NCBI GenBank assembly: GCA_951406725.2
Contig: OX597820.1
Location: 47,926,001-47,990,000, forward strand
Reading direction: 5' to 3'
Source of the DNA: Octopus vulgaris
Lineage: Eukaryota
DNA length: 64,000 nucleotides
Shown here: piece after piece, positions 54,828-64,000 of the stretch
How the letters are laid out: each line of letters opens with the position of its first letter
Position numbering within the stretch: position 1 is the first letter of the stretch
Notes under the pieces: model-generated
What the model was told of the DNA's origin: nothing
The model's database searches: none
What the model saw: the letters and a program-made list of their open reading frames with translations, nothing else
Translations under genes and position numbers: made by a program

Positions 54828-55668
54828 ATATTGATATTTCGAAAATATCCTCATTGCATGAAAGAATAGTTTTAATTTAGAAATTAAATGTGAATTATCT
54901 TAAACGTAAATTAAGCTGCATCTTCTGTATAGCTGTTCGTGCAAATTATGCAAGCAAACGCATTACGATTTATGATGATCAGGAAACAGTTTCTTTTTTG
55001 CTGAGAACGTATAAAAATATTGTCCAAGGTTCAATCGACAGCATGGCTATATATGTGTTCAATATATCATGTATTAAATACTGAAAATGATGTTAAAGAT
55101 ATAATTTATGAACACGAAATAATGTAGCTTGCAATTTATTTCAGAAATATATATGAAATACGTTATCCATTTTTGAGCTTGGGGCAATTATTTCATTGCT
55201 TAGCTTTTACAAGGGTCCCAAGTTGGTTGCAGGAACGAAGCTATCCTGAAACTGGAGAATTAACCAGAATGCTAGACTCCATTAAGATATCAGGTTGTGT
55301 GATATTAGACTGGACAATGGAGATAAGTGACCATCCGAATACATCACGACACGATTTGAGCTTGAAACGCTGAAACATATACCGCAAGGAACTCGTGGAC
55401 GCTTATTGCTTCTGCTCATTTCTCTTTAGGAAAGATACTTTATTTAACAGATACTTTATTTAACGGAGGGATTTGAAATACGAATCCCTTCCCCACACCA
55501 ACAAAAAAATCATATATCGCTAAGTGCTTCGTCGGATGTTCTAGCAACTTTGCCAATCCACAAAATCATGTTTATAAAAATATTCCAAAGATTGGAGAAA
55601 TGATGGTCCTTGCGCTCATCCTGTTTTAATTATTCTTGGAGAGGCTATGTGGTAAGTAGCTTGCTTAC

Positions 55669-57705
55669 TTCCGCACATGCGCTTTGGTGTTTCGCTTCAA
55701 CACTTGAACAAGGAGGACATGAGCTAGTGTGCTCCGTCCTAAAACTGAAAATTAAGAAGTCAGTCCGAGGTAGGTGATTGTGTTTGTTTTGAGGTGGGCG
55801 TGATTTGGAATTTTTTTCAATAAATTTCGCCCAGCTCAGGGACAATTTCGCCTGCTCTCAGCGGCTATTGTGATTTTTGCTTGTTGAAAAAATGTTGGGG
55901 GCGTATCCCAGCCCCAAAATTGAAGTTTGTTCCAGACATTGAAAATGTTTGTGGGCTATTGTGGTGAAGATTCGTCTTCTGTGGTTTTAAAATTCCAGCT
56001 CGGAGTACCAGCCAAAGAAGAGAGCCAGGAGTACCTGTGGCCGGAATTGTTTAGTTGCCATTTGGAACCATATTTTTATTTCTTCCGTGTTTTTCCTTCT
56101 GTTTTATGAAATGTCCTCTTTGTTTTCTTTTGTCTTATTTGTTTTCTATTTATTTTCGTTCGGAATTTTTTTTATTTCTTTCTTTGTGAACATTTGAACT
56201 TTCTTCCACATGGCGATAAAGAATGGTGCCGCTGCTTTGGAGTGGGAGATTGTCCCACACAAGCAGTGGTTAAAAGATATGGAGGAGAGGACGGTGGTGG
56301 TTAGAACTTATTCTAAAGTTCTTGATTCCGTCACCGTCTTCCCAAAGCCAGTTATAGAAAATGAACTGAAAGACTATTTGTCCTCTGTGAAATACATATC
56401 CCATGGTGTCAAACATGCAACCGTATGGTTGCTGTTTGACAGCTGGGAAAAGGCTCGCACATTTGCGAGTCAGCTTTTAGAGGGCAACGAATCAATAATG
56501 GGTATGTGGGTTGCTCCCAGGCACCGAAGCGGGTTGGATTGAAGATACCATCCGACGAGGACTGGGGGATAGCGGGCCCAGGCTCTTAAATGAAAGAGTA
56601 TTTCTGGCGGTCGATTGGGAAGGGTCGATTTTGACCCTGTGGATCACATCGGCCGCAACAGATTTGGTTTTTCCAAATTTTTTTTAAATGGCTGCCTGCA
56701 AGTATCCGGTGATACTTGAGGGACGTCCCCCCAAGTGTCACTCGTGCCTGTAGCCAGGCCGCATTAAAAAGAACTGCCCCAGCACCATGGTAAGGTCCTG
56801 GAACAGTCACTGGAAGCCACCTCCCCTACTCGGTCAAAGGGAGAGGTGGATGTGGTGAAGCCTCCTCAACCCAACAAGGATTAAAAAGGAAGAAGGCGGG
56901 CAACAAGAGTTGCCTGCCGAAGGACCCTAAGGCTTCGGGAGGTGGGGAGAGACTCCGGACAAAACGGAAGAGCCCCACTCTCCCGAAGTCAGGAAGAAAA
57001 GAAAGAAAAGAAAGTAGAAGAACGGGTCATCGCAGGGGAGAGATGATGTGCCGTCTGCATGTCCCGAAGTTGTGCCACCCACGGTGGAAGAAACGACCCC
57101 CACCCCTAAAGAAGATGAATTAATTATCTTTTTCTACAATAGTAGAAGAACATAAAGAGACAGTAAATATGCACTTCACAGGGGATCCCGAAAGGCCTCC
57201 GCAGATAGCTGTGGAGGTCATAATGTTTATTTTGTGGGAGAGGCTTAAACGATTTGAGGAGTGTCGCATATGGCCGGATGGCTCTTACACTGGAATGACT
57301 TACATGTCCTACATGAGTGAGGCATGGGAAATGGCGGGATACAGAAACTCAAGCGGCATTGAAGATAATGATGAATATATCGATGAGCAGGAGGTGAAAA
57401 GCCTCGTTAGAGGGTTTGAAACCTCATCTTGTATTATTTGTAGTGGTTTATAACCTCAATTGTGTTTTTTTAAAATAAAAACATGTTAAGTAAGAGATTT
57501 TAGTGCCTTCTTTTTGTAAGAAGTTTGAAACCTCATATTGATTTTTAAAAAAAGAAAATATGTTTTCGAGAAAAATACAATCGGCGGGTGTTGAGTTTCG
57601 TCTCTCATTTATTCATTTTATTTCATTTTCAATCAATTATATGTTTGTCTAACCCGCAAAGCTACACACTCTTTGTACTGTCTATTTGACAAATTTTATG
57701 AACTA
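55669..57705 (+). mobile_element. 2.0-kb ORF1-only non-autonomous L1/Tx1-like retroelement inserted in a SINE B head
   Basis: 15-bp TSD AAGTAGCTTGCTTAC at 55654-55668 and 57706-57720; disrupted gag-like ORF from ATG 56210; no RT or endonuclease seen. Confidence 0.85.
56210..57453 (+). pseudogene. Disrupted ORF1 (gag-like, CCHC zinc knuckle, K/E/P-rich linker)
   Basis: 56700-56780 reads KYPVILEGRPPKCHSCL*PGRIKKNCP, a degenerate C-x2-C-x4-H-x4-C; ORF pieces at 56210-56542 and 57169-57453. Confidence 0.75.
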
Positions 57706-57832
57706 AAGTAGCTTGCTTACCAACCACATAGTTCCAGGTTCAGTCCCACTGCGTGACACCTTCTACTATAGCCTCGGGCCGACCAAAGCTATGTGAGTGG
57801 ATTTGGCAGACGGAAACTGAAAAAAGCCTGTC

Positions 57833-57885
<53 letters not shown>

Positions 57886-58042
57886 GTGTGTATGTTTGTG
57901 CGTCTGTGTTTGTCCCTCCAACATCGCTTGACAACCGATGCTGGTGTGTTTACGTCCCCGTAATTAGCGGTTCGGCAAAAGGTACCGATAGAATAAGTAC
58001 TAGGCTTGCAAAGAATAAGTCCTGGGGTCGATTTGCTCAGTC
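57706..58042 (+). mobile_element. Remainder of the interrupted SINE B (5' stub at 55643-55668)
   Basis: Continues CAACCACATAGTTCCAGGTTCAGTCCCACTGCG, then (TA)n and the tail. Confidence 0.92.
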
Positions 58043-58684
58043 GCATCAGTCACATCAGTCGTGCCAATGGCATTTACTATTTGTTGATAATTGAAAACGC
58101 CGTTATATGTACATACACACGCACATGCACACGTAAACAATTTCAATCAGCTGCGCGGGTGCACAGACCTGCACACGTATATATACACCTACACATGCAA
58201 AATCGTAAACACTGACACACACACAGATAAGCATCTACAAACGCAGAAACTCACTCACCGAGAGAAAGAGAGAAGGGAGGAGAGAGAAAAAGAAAGAGAG
58301 CGAAAATGCGAGATAGAAAGAAAGAAAGAGGGTGAGAAAGAAAAGAGAGAGAGAGAGAGAGAGAAATAGAAAGAAAGAGAAATGGAGACGAAAGAACAAA
58401 GAAAACATCATCAAGAAAATATGATTGAGATTTTGGTCCGCCGTCCTAAAGAAATGTCTCCGGGCCGGCGTTTCACATCAAAGCGATCCTGGTGGTCTGT
58501 GATTGACATGTACTAGAAGTGATAATAGGTGTAAAGTTACTTGTTTGTAAACTTTCAGCCGTGTGTGATAGGAATGGTGTTTTGAAAGATTTCTGTCTGG
58601 GTTTGAAAAAGGATACTAAGTACACTTTACTGAGAAAGGGAGTGATGTTTGTACATGAATAGAACTTAATGCGCTGTTGATCTG

Positions 58685-58757
<73 letters not shown>

Positions 58758-58770
58758 ATCTATCTATCTA

Positions 58771-58811
<41 letters not shown>

Positions 58812-58814
58812 TAT

Positions 58815-58876
<62 letters not shown>

Positions 58877-59017
58877 CATCCATCCATCCATCCATCTATC
58901 TGCGCAAATACACACCCCACACAGAGTATATAAGTTAGATATATGTGTATGTGTATGTGCATGTGTACACGCACATACACATATATATGTGTATGTATGT
59001 ATGTATGCATGTATGTA

Positions 59018-59388
59018 TTTGTTTCAGTCATATGACTGTGGCCATGCTGGAGCACCGTCTTTAGTCGAGCAAATCGACTACAGGACTTATTCTTTGTAAG
59101 CCTACTACTTATTCTATCGGTGCCTTTTGCCGAACTGTTAAGTTACGGGGACGTAAACACACCAGCATTGATTGTCAAGCGATGTTGGGGGACAAACACA
59201 GACACACGAACATATGCACACACACGACGGGCTTCTTTCAGTTTTCGTCTACAAAGCCCACTCACAAGGCTTTGGTCGGCCCGTGGCAATAGTAGCAGAC
59301 ACTCGCCCAAGTTGCCGCACAGTGGGGCTGAACCCGGAACCATGTGATTGGTAAGCAAGCTACATACTACACAGCCACTCCTGTGCCT
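59018..59388 (-). mobile_element. SINE B with minimal, unexpanded internal repeat
   Basis: Full head and tail with only ~20 nt of CA-rich linker. Confidence 0.92.
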
Positions 59389-59914
59389 ATGTATGTATGT
59401 ATGTATGTATGTATGTATGTATGTATGTATGTATGTATATATATATGTATAAGAAAGCCTGATACTGTTTGCAAGAACAATATAAACACATTCCTTCTAC
59501 GCTACAATCGCGCGGAAAGAATTAGCTGTGAATCTCCTGACAGACTGTTTCAGGTTTCACTAACCGCTGATCAGAGAAAATATTTTCGGCTTCCAGCGTC
59601 AATAACATAAGTCAGTTGCTTAATAAAGCAGTCATAACATAGGCTAGCTCTTGTATATTTGTGCTTCTGCTGGGTCATGTGCCTAAAATAGATAATATTT
59701 AATAAATTACGGACCATCAAAAATAAAAATATAGAATTTAGGCTCTTCTAATGTACTAATTCAGACTGCAATATTTAGTAGCTGTCCTATGCCATCGATT
59801 GGGGAATAAAACTTCGTACGGCTACCGGAAAGCACTAAAAAAACGTGACATGGTCTGCTGGAAGCTTCCTCCATTTTTTTTAACGGCACGTAATAACCCT
59901 TTATAATATATACA

Positions 59915-60108
59915 TAAGAGCTGAAAGTTTTTGGTAGGGGCTAGTTGATTATATCGAGCCTAACGCGCAACTGGTACTTACTTTATTGACACCGAAATGA
60001 TGACATGCAAAGTCGATTTCTGCAGAAATTCAACCCAGAACCTAAAGAATAGACAAAATGCTGTGTTAAGCATCTAGCTAACGCTTCAACCAGCACATCA
60101 TCTGCTAG
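59915..60108 (-). mobile_element. Old SINE C
   Basis: AACTGGTACTTA...CAAAGTCGA...CTAACG. Confidence 0.65.
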
Positions 60109-60170
<62 letters not shown>

Positions 60171-60174
<4 letters not shown>

Positions 60175-60513
60175 GCACGCAGAGAACTCAAACCTCTGCC
60201 AAAACAACACCAACGTCCTCTCAACGATTATTCAGAGATGATTTTAAAAATGAGAATATCTGAAATAAACTCGGCTGCTCTGACAAAGGAGAATACTAAA
60301 AATGAACTCCATCGCTGTCAAAAATTAAGTAAAAAAAAATACAGGAAAAATAACCCAGAATCCTTGTCCAGTACTGGATCGATCCCCAAATATAATCAGT
60401 TCGGGCCAGTTACGAGGTCAAACATCCCTGATAGTTTCATCCGTATCCATCCAGCTCTTCTTGATGGACAAACAAATACGACTGAAACAATACCCCCGCC
60501 TTCGCTAAGACGG

Positions 60514-60517
<4 letters not shown>
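60171..60517 (+). mobile_element. HINE/DINE-1-like (Helentron-associated) non-autonomous element
   Basis: 5' AAACCTCTGCCAA subterminal motif echoed by 3' TACCCCCGCCTT; 3' stem-loop CCCCGCCTT-CGCT-AAGACGGGG at 60494-60515. Confidence 0.6.
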
Positions 60518-60592
<75 letters not shown>

Positions 60593-60593
<1 letters not shown>

Positions 60594-60920
60594 TAGCCAT
60601 GTGTTGAGAGGGATTCTTTGGGGTTTGAATAATTCACCTCTGGAAACATGGGTGGTTCTTTCAACATCCTTAAACAACCCTTATTCAGGGACCTTTTGAG
60701 CGGAATGGGCTACTCGACCTGAAGAAAATTCTAACTGGGCCCCACCTGCAAGGTCATGCGCTGTTTATCTTGATATGAGATCACCATGTCGCGCACGTAT
60801 GGTTGTGATGCATGTGCCTGGTGTACCCTTATCAGACGGGAAGTCATGATGGGTATATTGGGCTTCGTATATTTTACCCCAGTGTCACTTTGATGGCATG
60901 AACTACTCTCTCACTCAATA
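60593..60920 (-). mobile_element. Element terminus embedded in (AAT)n arrays; probable R4/Dong-type 5' end
   Basis: GC-richer block flanked by (AAT)n on both sides; second copy at ~47070; strand and clade are inferred. Confidence 0.55.
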
Positions 60921-60923
60921 ATG

Positions 60924-60984
<61 letters not shown>

Positions 60985-60989
60985 TAATA

Positions 60990-61325
60990 ATGGTTTCAAA
61001 TTTTGCTATAAGGCCAGCAGTTTAGGGAGTTACGGTTAAGTCGACTACATTGACCCCAGTGCTTATTTCATCGATCCCGAAAGGAGGAAAGGCAAAGTGA
61101 GCCTCGGCGGAAATTGAATTCAGAAGGTAAAGACGGACAAAACGCTGCAAAGTATTTGTCCGGCGGGATAACGATTCTGCCTATTTTGGCAAAAGCCCGC
61201 ACTTTTGAGGTGGGTGGGGTGTAAGTCAATTACATCGATGCCAGTAATTGGTTGTTACTTATTTTATGAACTTCAAAAAGATGAAAGAAAAACCTAAACT
61301 CGACGGAACTTGAACTCAGAACATA
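60990..61325 (-). mobile_element. Two tandem old SINE C copies
   Basis: CCCGAAAGGAGGAAAGGCAAAGT...CTCGGCGGAA...AACGATTCTGCC. Confidence 0.8.
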
Positions 61326-62299
61326 ATGAGTTTGAAAAATGACATTGGACCTTTTTATTCATCTCCATAATAATTTTGTTTGTTCGCCTCTTCAGTTAGT
61401 CCGGGAAAAAACGTGCTTACATTCTCAGTATACACACATGGAGGCTTTCTATTGCATAAAGTATGTTTCAATTATGATAAACGCTTTGTCTTGTATACAC
61501 GCACGTACACACACACACACACACATATATATATGTACAGAAAGCTACAAACAGATAAATAAATATATACAGACGTATGAATGTGTGTATGTGTGTATAC
61601 ATGTATGTGTGTATGTATACATATGTTCATAAGCACATGTTTGTCTCATGTCGTTTGGCGTTACATTAGTTTTTGCAGTAATCAATTAGACTGTTATAAG
61701 GAAAATTTTTCTTTGTAATAGAAGTACTCCTTAGAGAAAAAGCTACTAATTACTAACCCAGGAGGAAAAAAAATGAAATTCTGGTTGATTTGAAAACAAA
61801 ACAAATATTAGCCAGACTTACTGGCATAATTTGATAATAAAATTTTCCACCTGGATGAGTTCGCTGGTGAAAGCTAATGTCACTCTAGTTTTTCTCTACA
61901 GAAAAGTATGCCCTCATATCACCACGACGGTATATGAACAAGTTACTCTTTAGGGATATAGGCGACTGTGCTTAATTTTGCGACGTAGTTTCAATTTGAT
62001 TAAACATGTCGAATATCGTGAAGTCCATGCCTGGTTATAGATTGTAGATTACAGTCGGTTTGGTATTCGAATTTCACGAGCAAAAAGAAATACTTGCATG
62101 CTTGAAGTGCATGTCTTTTAGCATGTAAGTGCGACATTCCTACAACTTATGCCAACACGAGAAAATTTGAGGATTTATGTTTTCAGTCGAACACATATAA
62201 ACTAGTATATTCCTTTATACTTGTGACATAGCTCCATTTCGTACAAACGTTGCTACTTCCTATACTTTTCAAAATCTATATACAGTTCAAATGGAATTT

Positions 62300-63000
62300 T
62301 ATACTGTACTTGATTCGGGATCTAAATGAAATATTGGTATGTGTGAATCTTATCTTAGAGATGTTTTCCAGCAGATTGCTACAGGTTTCTACTCTAGGAT
62401 AATCAGACATTTAACTACTACATATATATCGACAACTATTTGCTATTCAATATACAGCCAGCTGAAATTAGTAGACTCCTTGTAAGAATTCGAGAATTGT
62501 GATTCTGCAGGATTTCAAAGCTCTTGTTGGACATCTTGAAATATACATTGGAAGTAGGATAATATGTATTGATTATTACAGGGAGGGTTCTACTGATTTT
62601 TGTGGATACATTTAGGAGTTGAAGAGGAATAAGCCAGATAACTGTTGAGAGTTGTTCTATGTAACTTCTGTAGTAGATACAAAAGAGGGCAAATTTACTT
62701 GCAATTCATCATATTGCTAGATGACATTCGGTTTAGCTCTACTGCAGTGTAGAATACCTGCATTATGTATTTTTCTATTCCTCAATAGTTTACATATATG
62801 CTTGTCACTATTGACTGTAAAATGCCAACAACCAAATGAAGATAACTATCATCTATCCGTTGAATTGAGCATTTCCCTTGCTCGTTATACTGAGTGAGAG
62901 TATATACCTTCCTATGTATCATTCTATGTATACATTCTTAAGTACACCATTTCGTCAATCGCAGCAGCTTCCAAGCTTCACCAATTCAATTCTCGACTAA
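62300..63000 (-). mobile_element. Decayed CR1-like LINE RT/3' region (possible)
   Basis: Minus strand remnants resembling E.VQ.RA.K and Y.ERL motifs. Confidence 0.4.
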
Positions 63001-63244
63001 ATTAAAAACAACAGTTTTAAAGAGGATACCTCCTGCTACACTTTGGCATAAATAGTTTGAGATTTGTTTCAGTAATAAAAAAGTTACATCAAAATATCTG
63101 AAACCTCAGCGGGGGTAGTAAGGCACCTATTCATCTTCAATTAACATATTTTTTTCAGTTCTATATTTAAGAGATGAGGAATCATATACATTATTTATAT
63201 TTTTTTACAATTGACGGATATTTGTCCTCATCTTGTTTGTTGTT

Positions 63245-63290
63245 AACACAACGTTTCGGCTGATATACCCTCCAGCCTTCATCAGGTTTC
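63245..63290 (-). ncRNA. Minimal type I hammerhead-like motif
   Basis: Minus strand GAAAC-CUGAUGA-A-GGCUG(GAGGGUAUAU)CAGCC-GAAA-CG-UU-GUGUU; one mismatch in stem I. Confidence 0.65.
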
Positions 63291-63344
63291 TTGGGGAAAT
63301 TTTGAACCTAGGTTCTCTTCCTAAGGTATTTTTCGATGTTTTTG

Positions 63345-63935
63345 TTATTATTATGTTTTCCCTTCTTTCTCCAAATTTTCTTCCAATTCTCACCGAGTGT
63401 TTTCCCTACACCTAGGGCAGAGAAGCTTATTGTATGCATTCCCAGATTACACAAGCAAATTAACAGGTAAAAATATGTATTTAAAAAATAAATAAATAAA
63501 TTCATGAATGGATGTTTGTTTTCACAGCGACAATGCTCTTCGCAGTTCTTGAGTCGTTCCAGTTAACACAATTTTTTGCACTTCCTGTAGGAATGGTAAG
63601 TCTGGTATCATTTATAAGTTTCAGTACCTTTTTTATCATTCCTAGAGATCCTACAATCACTGGTACTATGGTCGCCTTGAGATGCCACATTTTTTTCAAT
63701 TTCTATTAGCAGGCCTTTATATTTACTAATCTTGTCAAATTCTTTCGCCGCTATATTGTGATCGCAAGGAATACTCATATCAATTAATAAACACACCTTT
63801 TTGTTTGATCTTTTATAATAATATCCGGTTTATTAGTTTTGTCGGTATGTACGGAGAAGTCCCAGAGAATCGACACATTTTCTCCCTCAGTCACAGCTTC
63901 AGGATGTTGTTTATACCATTTGTCAGCGGTTATAA
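63345..63935 (-). mobile_element. R4/Dong-clade non-LTR retrotransposon 3' end (restriction-like endonuclease domain + 3' UTR)
   Basis: Frameshifted KWYKQHPEAVTEGENVSILWDFSVHTDKTNKPDIIIKD / CLLIDMSIPCDHNIAAKEFDKISKY / MWHLKATIVPVIVGSLG / LRRALSL* (PD-(D/E)xK RLE); ends at a short TAA run. Confidence 0.88.
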
Positions 63936-64000
63936 TGCCGACATATTGTCCAGTGTAAATACTGACCGACTCTGTCATGTCTTGCTTTATATTCTACAGG

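Overview
This is AT-rich, microsatellite-dense eukaryotic DNA, probably intronic or intergenic. The SINE repertoire and repeat landscape suggest a cephalopod such as Octopus, but that is an inference and not a database match. I found no host protein-coding exon, tRNA or rRNA gene, and most listed ORFs are translated microsatellites. The window is a mosaic of four tRNA-derived SINE head types (called A-D here) with interchangeable 3' tails, plus LINE fragments (L1/Tx1, R4/Dong, probable CR1), Tc1/mariner relics, a HINE-like element, a probable solo LTR, Penelope-like repeats with hammerhead ribozyme motifs, and long palindromes. The most interesting signal is an apparent Tx1-driven retrotransposition system with three parts. 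(1) A young Tx1-like LINE 3' end sits in a (TATC)n array at 32218-33490. (2) A SINE subfamily has a last ~50 nt matching that LINE's 3' end. (3) A 2.0-kb ORF1-only element with no RT is inserted, with a 15-bp TSD, into the tRNA-like head of a SINE (55669-57705). A second highlight is a near-canonical type I hammerhead ribozyme inside a ~585-bp terminally redundant, retrozyme-like unit (29838-30551). A second long-stem-II hammerhead lies next to it in an inverted repeat. All coordinates were read by eye; boundaries without a stated TSD are approximate.
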